Assembly (NCBI GenBank): GCA_034780895.1
Contig: JAUZTB010000064.1
Coordinates: 21,500,847 to 21,564,846, forward strand
DNA length: 64,000 nucleotides
Reading direction: 5' to 3'
Source of the DNA: Rhynchobatus australiae
Taxonomy: Eukaryota
The notes under the pieces were generated by a model that saw only the letters and a list, made by a program, of their open reading frames with translations, did no database searches and was not told where the DNA came from. Made by a program: the position numbers and the translations under genes. Positions 12,361-25,669 of this stretch are shown here, piece by piece. Numbering within the stretch: the stretch's first letter is position 1; each line of letters begins with the position of its first letter.

Positions 12361-12470
12361 TATTGCTGATGCTGAAAATCTGGAAAAAAAGCACAGAAAA
12401 TGCTAGAACCATTGAGTAAATCAGGCAGCTCCCTGATCTGGTGGGTGGTTTCAGCATTTTCTGTTTTTTG
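12361..12470. repeat. Short inverted-repeat (hairpin) element of the Penelope-derived family
   Basis: CACAGAAAATGCTAGAACC ... GGTTTCAGCATTTTCTGTT arms around a TCAGG..CCTGA core. Confidence 0.55.
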
Positions 12471-13254
12471 AAACACTGACTATGGAAAACCTGACTTGAG
12501 TGGATGATTGACTACTGCAGTTTGTGGTTATTTGAATGTTGGTCAATCTGAAAGTGCTGCTTTCAGAAGCATTTGCCCAAATTTTAAACAATTCAATTCT
12601 TGTCCCATTTTTGGGCTGTATTTGATGTAATATTCCCATTTAAGCTTTTCTTACTGTAGGTTTGCATTCCTCAAGTCACCATAAGTACCTTTCATAGCCT
12701 GATTGGCAGATAAAAATAAATGTTTTTAAGAACAACACAATGCATTTTGTTAGTAAAAATATGAAGCAATTTAAATGGTGCCTTTAATATACTATTTNNN
12801 NNNNNNNNNNNNNNNNNNNNNNNNNNNNNNNNNNNNNNNNNNNNNNNNNNNNNNNNNNNNNNNNNNNNNNNNNNNNNNNNNNNNNNNNNNNNNNNNNCCT
12901 TGTCTGTTGCATTTGCATTGAGCAGAAACATACTGGAGGTGAGAGTTCCTGATTTTGTTCACTATACAGGGATTCCTCTTAGAAGCAGCTAGGCAAAGGC
13001 AGGATCCCTTTTGACTTTGCAACTTCTCTTTATAACCGCCTCAACTGCTGGTTAAACTTGTAACCAGTTGTATTGGTTATTGGTACAGGTGACAGTTGCT
13101 GGCTGTTGTCATTTCATAACATCATTTACCTGGAACAGGGATGGTATAAGGCAATTTCAACAACATCTGAAGAGGGAGCTCTATTGGATATAGAAAAAAA
13201 TATGTATCAGCCAATTAATTTTGACGTGTTGGCTGTAAGTTATTTCAATTAATT

Positions 13255-13640
13255 TGGTGGGTGGCAGCACTATCACTTGCAAGACAGAAATTCATAGGTT
13301 CAAGCCCACCCAAAGGCATGAACTCAGACAAACCCAAAGAGTTTCTATAAATACTGTCTCCGAGGTACCGACTGTCAGATGGGATGTTAAACAGGGAACA
13401 CTCAAACATTTTTATATTAGACATAAAAGATTCCATGGCAGTGTTCAAAGCTGAGCTTGAGTTTACCTGATGACGTAGCTAACTTGAATTTCTCTCAACC
13501 AAAATTTTGAAAATTGGTTATCTGCCCACTTATTTGGAGCTGTTGAATGGCCCTTTGAGTGCTGTGTACAATTGTAACCAATTTTAAAGTACTTTATTGG
13601 CTATAAAGCTCTGAAGTAATAAGGGACACTCTATGAATGG
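13255..13640 (+). mobile_element. Deu-domain SINE (SacSINE1/AmnSINE-like)
   Basis: tRNA-like head (GGTTCAAGCCC) followed by GTCAGATGGGATGTTAAAC...ATAAAAGATTCCATGGCAG, recognised as Deu-domain-like. Confidence 0.55.
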
Positions 13641-14654
13641 CTTGATTACCTTCGTGTCTTGATCAATGGATTAAAAGCGAGTTAGAATTTAAAACAGCTA
13701 TGGAAATGAATGGCTATTCATATTGGTTCAGCAATGCTGCTATTTATTAATAGGCATGCTCTTCGTTTGAACAATTTATTTGGCACATGGGATTGTTTAC
13801 TTTTGAGGCAATACTAGTGCAGGCCTCTGGAAACAGGTTGCAGCATTTTACAAAAAGCACTAGGGTCCTATAGGAAGAACAGTTCAGATGAACAAAAGCA
13901 GAAGACTTAAAGAATGTCTAAACATATAAAAACATAATTAATAAATGACTAACTTCAGATAAAAGGGCTGGAAACACTCCAGCAATATTTCTTTGCAGCT
14001 TGTGAATGAAAGACATTAAACAAGTTGATGTACATTCTTTTAACATCTGGATCTCAGGAGAGCACTTCAATTTCCTTGTCAATTGTCCCTAGTATTGGCA
14101 AGTGTAATGCACAGTCCTGACGTTTAGACTTTTTTTAAACTTTAGTTTTAGGGTTGCAGTGTACAAATTGTTGAGGGTAGGAGTAAAAAAAACCTTTTTA
14201 AAAGCATGTAGGGTATTTGTCTATAAATCGGAGCATGGTATACAAGAGCAAAAGAGTTTAATTTAACCTTGTTTTTAAAAAGTGCTGGTTGGGCCCCAAA
14301 TGACATGTACAACTCTAGGCATATCTTGAGAAAAATAAGTTCTTTGGGAAGGTACAGATGCCACCAAGATTGAAGGACATCAGTTATGAAGGGAGATAAA
14401 GAGAAGACTTGATAGATGTGCTCAAATGCTTGAACGGTTTTGAATATACAGTTGCAGGAGGATTGATCACCAGAAGGCGCAGATTTATAGAGAAAGGCAA
14501 AAAAAACAACGGTGACGTGACCTTTTAATATTTTTAGTGGTTTTGATTTCCATGCTGTGTATTAACAGAAATGGATTCTTTAGTAATTTACAAAAGAGAA
14601 TTGGATAAATACTAAGAAAAATTTTAAAGGACCGTGAGTGAAAGAGTAGAACTA

Positions 14655-15290
14655 TAAAGAAAGTGCTGGAAGAGGGAAACAGTTGCCATTTTAGGTGGAT
14701 ACTCTTTCATCAAGAAATGTTTTTAGATGCAGAGAAAAGGAGTAGGGAAGGAGCGAACATGAGGAAATGTTTGTGGCAAGGTGCAAGACCAGAGAGAGTG
14801 TGATGAAAAGGATGATTGTATAGGGCAGAAAGGAGTGTTAAAGAAACAGGAGGCTGGACTGAAGGAAGTACAACTGGAAGAAGTTAAACCTATGTAAAAT
14901 TACAAAAGGAAACTGAATTAGTAATGCTCATTTGAAACTGTTGAATTTTGTGTTTAGTCCAGATGGCTGTAAAGTACCAAAATAGAAGATGCTGTTCTTT
15001 TAATTTCATTAGAATAGCTGAGGAGACCAAAGTTAGTGTCTGCAATTAAATGGAGAATTAAAGAAAAATGACAAAAGTAACTAGACACCTGTGAATTGAT
15101 TAAATGCATTCCACAGTGGTCACTTCAGAAATGAAATGCAAGCTTGACCCCAACCTTTTAGTCACTTCTCACTTTAATTCTGCTACTCACTGCTACTGAA
15201 TTCTCAACCCTCACTCAATCTGTTACACAATTCCATTGAAGTTCGAGGGAAAGCACCTTATCTTCCATCTAGGCACATCAGAGGCAAGTT
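14655..15290 (-). mobile_element. Decayed Penelope-like element fragment
   Basis: Begins with the family terminal motif (AAAGTGCTGGAA...CTCTTTCATCAAG), followed by a purine-rich body; low identity. Confidence 0.4.
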
Positions 15291-15571
15291 GTCTCAAAAA
15301 TAAGCCGGATCATTGATCTGATATTAGTCTGTCAGTCATCAGTTTGGTAACAAGTGCCTCTCAAGAAACAACAGTGATCACATTGAAGCCTTGACAGCAG
15401 CAGTACATGTCAATCATGGCATGTGCACATTGGCAGGGAGGGGATGAGGAAAGGGGTCACATCACAAGTCCGTATGCATAATTTCCTCCTTCCAATGATT
15501 GACGTGGAAACAAATGTGCCATTTCTTGCCTATGTCCTCTGCTTTATCACCAGCCCAATAAAAGGAGTAGA

Positions 15572-15918
15572 TGAGTGACATAGTGGCCTGGCTGGTAGAG
15601 ACACTACCTCAGTGCTAGAGACCTGGGTTGAATGCTGACCTTGGCTACTGCCTGTGTGGAGTTTGCACATTCTCCCTGTGACCATACGAGTTTACTCTGG
15701 GTGCTCCAGTTTCCTCCAACATACCAAAGTTGTGTGAGTTGGTACATTAATTGGCCACTGTAAATTGCTCCTAGTATGTAGGTGAGTGGTAGAATCTTGG
15801 GGGTGTTGAAGAGTAGGTGGGACAATAAAAAATGGAATTAACATTAGTGTAAAATGGGTAGTTGATGGTTGGTGTGGACTCTGGCCAAAGGCCCTGTTTC
15901 CATGCTGTATCGCTATGA
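15572..15918 (+). mobile_element. tRNA-derived V-SINE (HE1-like) with CR1-derived tail
   Basis: A/B-box-like head, V-domain TGTGTGGAGTTTGCACATTCTCCCTGTG...GGGTGCTCCAGTTTCCTCC, and tail GGCCAAAGGCCCTGTTTCCATGCTGTA. Confidence 0.8.
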
Positions 15919-16999
15919 AAATCTTCACCTGGAGTTTCCATATCAATCATATGGGAGGAAGTGGGAATTTGGAAAAAATATGTATAAAATAACACACGTG
16001 CGTGTATGTATATGTGTATATATAAAGTATTCCCTTTTCATTTAATAGCTTGTCCAAAGCACCACTGCCTTGTTGGCTGACATTTTGCATTGAGAATTCA
16101 TAAAATTCACTGTATTACTTTTGCCCCTCTCCCCATTAAAGATTAAACCATAGGGCCTGAAAGGGAAGGGCCATGTGCATGGCAAGAAGCCTCAAGCTGA
16201 CCAAGTCCAGTTCACTAGTTGGATCACTAAATGGCAGGCCCATTGAAGCAAATGCCAGGAGATTCCATCTCCAACTGATCAGCCTCGCCAGCAAGTGGGC
16301 CACTCTATTTTTTACTTAAGATTTCCAATCTTTCCCTTCAGTAACTCCAGGTAATGATTTGGTTTCTCCCCTTCACGCCAGAAATTTGTTTCCTTGTTGC
16401 ATCACCACCCTCTTTCACCTTGCCATGGTTTTTGTTGCATTTTTATTTCTCTTTCCTCTTAAAATGAATTAGAAAGAATCCTAAAAAGTTACTGCCCAGA
16501 GGATGGCCATACAAATAATTTTCATTTGGTGCATTTTGGAATGATTTGCAATAAATTGCTCAGTTTCAATGTTAGAAATAATTTAAAAAAATGCTTTGTA
16601 ATAGGAATGTACTGTTGATGCCTGAAGTTGGAAATAAAAACACAATGCTTTAAAATACAGAGTTTGGTCTACAGTGATCAGAGAGCTGCAAAATCGGAGC
16701 AGGACACTTCTGACATTTATTTTACTGTCTTTGTAAGTATCTGTTTAAGAAGTATAGATTAGTGTGGCAGAGAAGCTCACCGTGATCATTAATAAGCATT
16801 CAAAAGTAATTGCCAGATGTCATATGACATGTAATATTTCTGACCTTTTTTGTTTTTACAGTCTCAAATGGTACTTAAAATTTGGACTTGAGTCTGAAAT
16901 TTAAGTGAAAAAGAAATAGGCCTCCTTGCTAAATTATATCAAATTTTCTATGTTCTGATACTATCAAATGGACATTTAAAAAGAAGCCTGCCATCTCCA

Positions 17000-18035
17000 G
17001 TGGGCAGCGGAGTGTTCTGGGCTTTGGCTCAACGGGCTTAGGTGAGAGACATATAGAGAGGGGGTAAGTTATTAGTTTTTCTCATTAGACTAATTCAGAC
17101 AATACTATAGCAACATGCTTTGGTGTTCAGAGTGCCAGCTGCGGGGACCCTGGGAGACTACCAGCCTCCCAGATAATTACATCTGCACGAAGTGCACCGA
17201 GATGTGGCTCCTCAAGGAACGTGTTGAGAGTCTGGAGCAGCAGCTGGATGATCTTGGGCTGATTAGGGAGAGCGAACAGGAAATAGAAGTTACAAGGAGA
17301 TTGTAGAAAGTACCTCTGTGGTGGTACCCCTTGAAAACCGGTGTCTCATTTTAGATTCCGTTGGAGAGGATGACCTGGCAGAGGAAGACCATAGCTGTGG
17401 CACCGTGCCTGGCACTATGGTGCAGCGAAAAAGGAGTAACGCATTTGTGATTGGGGACTCTATAGTGAGGGGGACAGATAGTTGATTCTGTGAATCTGAC
17501 AGTGAATCCCGGATGGTGTGTTGCCTCCCTGGTGCTAGGGTACAGGATGTCACTAACCAGGTTCAGAATATTCTGAGGGGTGATCAGCCAGAAGTCGTGG
17601 TACATAGGTAGAAAAAGAGAAGAGGTCCTTAATGAGGAATACAAAGAACTAGGTAGAAAGTTGAGAAGGACCTCGAAGGTGGTAATTTCAGGATTACTAC
17701 CTGTGCCACGCTCAAACGGCAGTAAGAATAGAAAGATCTGGCAGTTAAATCTGTGACTGAGCGACTGGTGTAGGGGGCAGGGCTTCAGATTCCTGGACAT
17801 TGGGATCTCTATTGGGGGTGGCATGACCTATTCACTAAGGATGAGTTACACCTANNNNNNNNNNNNNNNNNNNNNNNNNNNNNNNNNNNNNNNNNNNNNN
17901 NNNNNNNNNNNNNNNNNNNNNNNNNNNNNNNNNNNNNNNNNNNNNNNNNNNNNNCCCCCCACTACCCCTTTCTCATTTCCGTTTCCATGGAGCAGGCTCG
18001 ATGGGCCAAATGGCCTACTTCTGCTCCCTTATTTT
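17000..18035 (+). mobile_element. CR1 LINE with 5' UTR and ORF1 (zinc finger, coiled coil, SGNH esterase); middle lost in an N gap, 3' tail after the gap
   Basis: CSEC...YICTKC...LLKERVESLEQQLDDL; VIGDSIVRGTD; RMVCCLPGARVQDV; tail GATGGGCCAAATGGCCTACTTCTGCTCC at about 18000. Confidence 0.8.
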
Positions 18036-19039
18036 GTGAAATGCCTTGCTAATAACAGTGTCAATTTATAAAGGATTGTCTGTTGATTGCTGTAACTGTG
18101 TTTCACACAATTTTCTTTATACCATTATGGAATTTGTTTTTTGAAAGATTTAATTAGCAGTTCAAATAACCTATATGTCATTGCTCCTCCATAGTCTTGA
18201 GCTCTCCATAAATTGTCAGAATAGAAGTATTTTTCCAGTGGTCATATAACCATAATTGTTAGCTAGGCTGGATGCAGGTATGGAAGTACAGAACATATTA
18301 ACGTGTGTACAGTAGTTAGCCAGGACTATAACCACCTGCCTGTAGGGTTCAAAATTGTGGATTTTTAATCATCTTTTGTAATAAAACAAGAAGGGGATAA
18401 TGAGCTGCAAAGAATGAATTACAGCCAATTAATTCATTTTTTTTATGAAGGAGCTGGTAGCACAAAATACTTTTCAAACATAAAGATATATCACCATAAT
18501 TATTTTAATGATCAAATATTTTTGAGTTAATTGTAATTTGTTCTTGCTTTACCCATTATCTTTAGTTCATTATCTTCTGCACATCATTTTGGGCAGACCA
18601 CTGCAACTTTGAATAATTTGCTGACTTTCAGGCACAAAATTTATGGCTTCAAGATTAAATAACACCTGTTTTAATAAGAAAGGCAATAAATTCTTCCAGT
18701 GTTCTGGCTGTTATTTCTTCCTGAAATTTCTGTAAAAAAAAAGTGTACAACTGAGTCGGCTATTGCCATCTGTAAATTGATTACTCCATTTATCTGTGTA
18801 AGACAATAATTACACTTTAAAAGTGATTCATTGGCTAGAGTACATTTGGGTAACAGGAACGTGTAATTGGGCACAACATAATTGCAAGTTTTGTGTGAAT
18901 TTTTTCATCTTCACATTTTGATGGGTGGCACAACATGTTGGGCGGAAAGGCCTGTATTGTGCTGTATTGTTCTATGGTTCTATTACAGTATTGGACAGTG
19001 CAGCATTCAATTCAATGTGCTGTCTTTCACATAGAGGTT

Positions 19040-19335
19040 GTCACATATTTGCTCAGATGAACATACATATTCCCCTTGTATGAAATTCCTCCATATCTAA
19101 GCCTATGCATCCCCAGTTTATTGGCCCTAACTTTGGTAGCTATAATTTCAGCCTCCAGCTCTAGATTTCTCCATGCTTTATTCAGACACTTCCTAATATT
19201 CTTGTCCAAGTTTTTGATCATATGAGCTAATGCCTCCTAAGCTTGATGACATTCTAGTTCAATTGTACTTCTGTGAAGCAGCTTGGAATGTTTTAAATAT
19301 TAAAAGTACAAAACAAATACAAGTTGTTGTTAACT
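19040..19335 (+). mobile_element. L2-like LINE 3' end
   Basis: Tail TGTGAAGCAGCTTGGAATGTTTT...AAATACAAGTTGTTGTT; a similar decayed copy lies at about 32400-32710. Confidence 0.45.
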
Positions 19336-19999
19336 TAATGCAATGTCTATTTTATACTCTCTGTACCTTTATATACTCTGTATGGCCCAAACTTGCTTTA
19401 AAATATTTTAAACATCATGAAGCTTGCATCGGGTGTTTAGAGTTGTTGGAACAGAGTTGCAAAAAATTAAGAAATTAAAATTTAGTTTTCAAATAAAAAC
19501 AATTTTTTTAACTTGACTCTGAACAGCAAAACAATTTAATAAATGGTTCATAAGGTATGTTTTGAATTAAAACTGACCTATTAGCCTGTCGGTGGCCATT
19601 GATGTTTCATTATAATGTTTGAATTGTTCAGGGTATTTCACTGGAAATGTAGTGGTGTTTCCATCTGTTTCATCACCTACTGCATTTTAACAAATGCTTG
19701 TAATCTGAGTTACTTAGAGATGCTTATAGCAACCACTTGATCTTTATACTGAGTGGATCCATCTATTCACTATATTATCTCATTAAACTCAGCTGTGAAT
19801 CAACAAGAAATACAAAAATAAATGCTTATCAAGCAACGCATCTATTTTGTTTGGAAGTAACAGAAAAGGTTGCATAATGTAAGGATATACCATGAAGAGC
19901 TATTAGGCATTAAAGATTCAATGGCTTAAAATTGACACAAGTTTAAGTATTGGTTCACATCAGCTATGGGAATATCATCTCTGCATTGAACATGCTAAG

Positions 20000-20760
20000 T
20001 CTCATAAGAATCTTGTACATTTTAATGAAATCTCTCTCTATCTTCTAATTCTAATATAGTGCCAGTCTGCTTGATATCTCACTTATTACAAATCTGCCAT
20101 CCCTGGAGTTAATCTTGTGAACTTTCACTGTATTTTCTCCATTGCAAGTATATCTTTCCTTACCATTGTTGATGACCTTGGATTTTTCCATATTATATTC
20201 CATCTGCTGCACCCTTTCTCGTTTCAGTGAACATCCCCTGAAGACTCTTTTGGATCATACTCTCTGCCCATGTTGCCACCTGGCCTTGCTTCTCAACAAA
20301 CTTGGATATATTATACTTGATTCCCTCATTCCAATCATTGACATAGGATGAGAACAGCTGGGGCCACTGCACCAATCCTTGCAACAAGACCCCTCCCACC
20401 CCAGCCACTGTGTCCCAATATGAAAATGACCAGCTAGTGTTTCCTGTCCATTGATTTAATCATTTCACACCAGTATATTGTTCAGTATTTTGTACACTAG
20501 CTTTGCTTAACAATTTCTCATGATCTAAATATATCACAACAACTGATTTGCCTTTATCAGTTTCAGTAGTTACAGCCTTTCTAAAAACAAAATAATCCAA
20601 CAGTTATTGTCAAACATGATTTTTCTTTCATAAATCCACTTTGGATCTACTCAATTCTACTTGATTGTTCTTTCCTAAGGTACCCTATTACCACAATAAT
20701 ACACCAGCAATTTCACAACCACTGATGGCAGCCTGTCTGGTCAATAGTTCTCTGTTTGTT
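20000..20760 (-). mobile_element. Old CR1 fragments
   Basis: The - strand gives GVLLQGLVQWPQLF..YVND..EG...ISKF, which is RT-like. Confidence 0.55.
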
Positions 20761-22451
20761 TCTCTTAAATAGTAAGATATTTTTGGCGGATGACAACCAG
20801 TGCATCCCTTTCACCTTCAAAACACTTCTGTAGTTTTGTGTATGCCATTTTCCTTTTACTTTAATGGTGCACTGTCAGTGTTTATGTTACTAAACTATCA
20901 GTTCAGAAGATTGGACTAATAATCATGCGNNNNNNNNNNCAAGTTTTGCATTGCAGCTGGGGAAATTAGATTTGATTTCTTAAAAAATTTGAAATATAAA
21001 TGTAATATAAAATAAAAACCACCAAATCAAATTTGGCTAAGTATGAATCCTGTCTGATTGTGTGCTTATGAAGTGCTGTGAGAAGATTTAAAGTCATAGG
21101 CCCTTCAGCCCACTAAACACCCATTACAATTATCCCCTTTTATTCTCCCCCACATTATCACCAACTCCCCCAAGATTCTACCACTCACACGAGGGGCAAT
21201 TTAGAGGCCAATTTACAAACCTGCACTCCATTAGGGTATTAAATGTAATACTGAATTTGTTATATAAATGCAGATTTGCACTTTGCATCCTCTGTCGTAC
21301 CATATTACTGCAAACGAGGGCAGCTCACCACCAGCTTCTCGAACAATTAGGGCTGGGCAATAAATGCTGGTGGTGTTTATGGTGCGCTCATCTACTAACG
21401 AATCAAACAAAGTACGTCCAAGATCTCAATAGTTGAATATATCTACAGGTGTTTTTTATATTAAAAATCTCTGTAAATTACTGTCTCTTTCTCTTTTGCA
21501 CCCATTCTGTATGGGTGACCCTCAAATAATATGGGAGGGGTGTTGTGTTCTTGGAAAATGGTCCATATCGCAATTATCTATGACGAGAAGTTGCATCATC
21601 TGTGCCTGCGTCAAGGAACATGAGTCGGGGGACAAAATAATTTTGTTTACTTACTTACCTTTTTTCCACATAAATTCTGAGAGCAAATTTTATTCTGTAT
21701 CTCAAATTTTTGGGTCATGATTTGTGAACTCTATAAGGGTGAATTTACATTATCCAAACAGTTGTAGCGAAGGTGAGGGAGGGGGTGGGGGGGGAAGTCC
21801 TGTACCTCATTGTAATCAAGCTGCATAAATCAGGGTGTATTTTTGTTAATCAGGATTGAAAGTTTAACACTTTTTAAAATCGAACAAAAAAATGGCAGGG
21901 TATTAATGTGGATTTCTTGCCTTTGTTTAGAAAGACTGAATTTTTGTAGTTTTTTTATAGACTGGTATGCCAGATGGTGTTTTACAACCAATTAAGTACT
22001 TTGACCAACACAGATCAGAAAATGGTTCTGCCTTGGTGCAGGTAGTGATGAAGAAACTTTGTCTCAATCCAGTAGGACTGATGACAAAATGGCTGGGTGA
22101 CTTCTGTCCTATTTTTGACTACTGGCCTTTTTCTTGAATGTTACACTTATGTTGGACCTGTTAGGACAGGAATGGACTGTCCAAAAATGATTTCTACAAC
22201 TNNNNTGGCAACATTTGCTGTCTAATTTGATATTTGAAGAGAATTATTTAAGTATGGATTTTTAAAAATGAAGACAATAAAACAAGTGGTTAATATCTTA
22301 ATTACACCACTGATATTTATGTAATAAAAACAGAATACTAGAAGCACTCAGTGTATCAGACAGCTCTGTGGAAATAAAATGAATTAACATTTTCACTTCC
22401 CAGTTCTGACAAATGGTCTTCAATGTGGAGTTCTGACAAAAGGATTTTAAC

Positions 22452-24010
22452 ATGAAAATTAGGACAGATAAGTCCCCGGGGCCTGATGGAATATTCCCTA
22501 GGGTGCTCCGCAAGGTGAGGTAGGAGATTGCTGAGCCTTTGGCTAGGCTCTTTGAGTCCTCGTTGTCCTTGGGAATGGTACCAGAGAATTGGAGGGTGGC
22601 AAATGTTGTCCCCTTATTCAGAAAAAGGTGTAGGGATGATCCAGGGAATTATAGACCAGTGAGCCTTGTGTCTGTAGTAGGCAAGCTGTTGGAAAGGATT
22701 CTCAGAGATGGGATCTATGGGCATTTAGAGAATCAGGGTCTGATCAGGGACAGCCAGCATAGCTTTATGAAGGGCAGATCATATCTCACAAGCCTGATAG
22801 GGTTCTTTGAGGAGGTGACCAGGCAGATTGATGAGGGTAGTGCAGTAGATCTGGTGTACATGGATTTTAGTAAAGCGTTTGACAAGGTTCCACATGGTAG
22901 GCTTCTCAGAAGATCAGAGGGCATGGGATCCAGGGAAGCTTGGCTGTGTGAATTCAGAATTGGCTTGCCTGTAAAAAGCAGAGGATTGTGGTGGAGGAGT
23001 GCATTTAGATTGGAGGCTGTTCTGGGACCTCTGCTTTTTGTGATTTTTTTTTTTATTAACTACTTGGATGGGGGGTAGTGCGGTGGGTTGGCAGGTTTGC
23101 AGACGACAAAGGTTGATGGTGTTGTGGATAGTGTAGAGGATCGTCGAAGATTGCAGAGGGACACTGATAGGATGCAGAGCTGGGCTGAGAAGTGGCAGGT
23201 GTAGTTCAATCCTGAGAAGTGTGAGGTGGTACACTTTGGAAGGACAAACTCCAAGGCAGAGTACAGAGTTGATGGCAGGATTCTTAGTAGTGTGGAGGTG
23301 CAGAGGGATCTGGGGGTCCATATCCACAGATCCCTGAAAGTTGCCTCACAGTTGGGATAGGGTAGTTAAGAAAGCCTATGGGGTGTTAGCTTTCATAAGT
23401 CAAGGGATTGAGTTTAAGAGCCACAAGGTAATGATGCAGCTCCACAAAACTCTGGTTAGACCACACTTGGAGTACTGTGTCCAGTTCTAGTCACCTCATT
23501 GTAGGAAGGATGTGGAAGCATTGGCAAGTGTGCAGAAGAGATTTACCAGGATGCTGCCTGGTTTAGAGAGTATGCATTATGAGGAGAGACTAAGAGAGCT
23601 AGGGCTGTACTCTTTGGAGAGAAGGAGGATGAAAGGAGACATGATAGAGGTGTACAAAATATTAAGAGGAATAGGTAGAGTGGGCAGCCAGTGCCTCTTT
23701 CCCAGGGCACAAATGCTCAATACAAGAGGGCATGGCTTTAAAGTAATGGGTGAGAAGTTCAGGGAAATATCAGAGGAAAGTTTTATACCCAGAAAGTGGT
23801 TGGGGCATGGAATGTGCTGCCTAGGGTGGTGGTGGAGGCAGGTACATTGGTCAAATTCAAAAGATTGCTAGATAAGCATGTGGAGGAATTTAAAATGGAG
23901 GGATATGTGGGAGGAAGGGGCTAGGTAGTCTTAGAGGTTTAAAGATCAGCACAACATTGTGGGCCGAAGGGCCTGTATTGTGCTGTGCTGTTCTGTGTTC
24001 TTGTGTTCTA
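22452..24010 (+). mobile_element. 5'-truncated, relatively young CR1 LINE (RT plus 3' tail)
   Basis: DKSPGPDGI, WRVANVVPLF, GNYRPVSLVSVVGKLLE, VYMDFSKAFDKVPH, LVRPHLEYCVQF and LGLYSLERRR; few frameshifts; tail (TGTTC)n. Confidence 0.92.
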
Positions 24011-25364
24011 AAATATGAACAGTTTCTCTTTCCACAGATGCTACCTAACATGTTAAGTGTTTCTAGCATTTTCTGTTTTTATTTCAGATTATCAGTATCT
24101 GCAATGTTTTATTTTTGATTTTTTTAAAATTCTTTGTAATATAACACTTCTGGATTTCTTGAGACTTTGTCAGTTCATTCCCTTCAATGGTCACCAGCAG
24201 TGAGCTTCATAAACCAAGCAGGCCCCACTTTCAATCTCTTGGTTTGTGCTCAATTTGCTGGCTTCAATGAATGCAATATTTGGGATTTTAGAACTGGTCT
24301 GCTGCAGCTGTAGGAAAGAGAAATGAAGATTTAGATAAGTCTGTCTCTCAGCAGTAAGGTGACATTTGCTGCAGAAATATACCTGGGGAGACTAAATTAG
24401 ATAAGAACAAGTTTGTGCTCAGCAAATAGCTGTCAATGCTCACACAGATGAGTTACTAGAAGCCCGATGGAACCCGTGGAATTGTATCCTAACAAGCACT
24501 GTCTCTTGAGAGGGAAGATTGAAAGAGGCAAAATCCTGGCAGTTAAATGAAGATGTGCAATTGGTGGATGAATAATTCTATGCTACTACTCTCTTTCACA
24601 TGTCTGCCTTTTCCTTTTGTGTAAATAGTGTTTTGTATTTGGGTTGAATAAGTGAAACAGGATAGAACTTCATGTGATCATTCAGTTGGAGGAGGTCTTT
24701 CTATAACAGATATGTTACATTGGTGGACAGTTGCATTTTCCTCTGAGATTTGCTCCTCAAAGGTGAAATGCACTATGAACCAAAATTAACAATGGTCCAT
24801 TTTGTGTGGGTATAACCAATTAGGTGTTTTTCCAATCACTTCAAAACAGTTTTTCTCTGCAATGTTAATCCCTTTTAATCATGATGATGAAGCATGATGT
24901 GACCCTTTGTACAAAGGCTATGTCTGAGTCTGATTTATCTGTTTGCTGTTATAGCATGTGAGGTTGAAAAATCTTAACCCATACTAATTGCAGTTTCTTC
25001 ATTCATTCATGTTTTTACCATTGATGGTGTGAAAGTTGCTCTTTTCAGCTTTTCTTTCTGAAACCAGTAATGTGTTGTAGTACACTTCCTTTTGCGACAT
25101 TAGTAGAATTCTCGATTTTTTTTAAAATATAAAGTGAAATAATTTGATTCCAGCTGCTCCAATTATTGGGATTAGATAAATCATCAAGTTAAGTGTCAAC
25201 TCTGATGCATTGACAACAAGGGTGATTGCTTTAGACTATAATTCCATTAAATGCTCACTTAGATAAGATTTTAAGATATCTTTATTAGTCACACGTTTAT
25301 CGAAACATACAGTGAAATATATCTTTTTGCATATATTCTGGAGACAGCCTGCAAGTGTTGCCAC

Positions 25365-25556
25365 GCTTCTGGCGCCAACATAGCATGCCCACAACTTCCT
25401 AACCTGTATGTCTTTGGAATGTGGGAGGAAACCGGAGCACCCGGAGGAAACCCAAGCAGACACGGGGAGAACGTACAGATTCCTTACAGACAGTGGCCAG
25501 AATCGAACCTGGGTCGCTGGCGCTGTAAAAGCGTTATGCTAACTGCTACACTACCA
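25365..25556 (-). mobile_element. tRNA-derived V-SINE
   Basis: GTGGGAGGAAACCGGAGCACCCGGAGGAAACCCA...GGGAGAACGTACA is the reverse V-domain; tRNA-like head at 25500-25556. Confidence 0.8.
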
Positions 25557-25669
25557 ATGTCTTGAAATGCTTTAGAAATGCTGCCTTTCTAAATGAATCT
25601 GGATTCAGAATGTTACTGGATACTTGACCGTGATGGTGTGAGTCCTCTATATTCAGTAAATTGGTAACT

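Noticed and set aside
15572-15650. tRNA-like sequences here and at 25500 and 43200
   Set aside because: They are SINE heads followed by V-domain and LINE tails, not tRNA genes.
22539-23078. 179-aa reverse-transcriptase ORF as an active or domesticated gene
   Set aside because: Part of a 5'-truncated CR1 with frameshifts and stops downstream.
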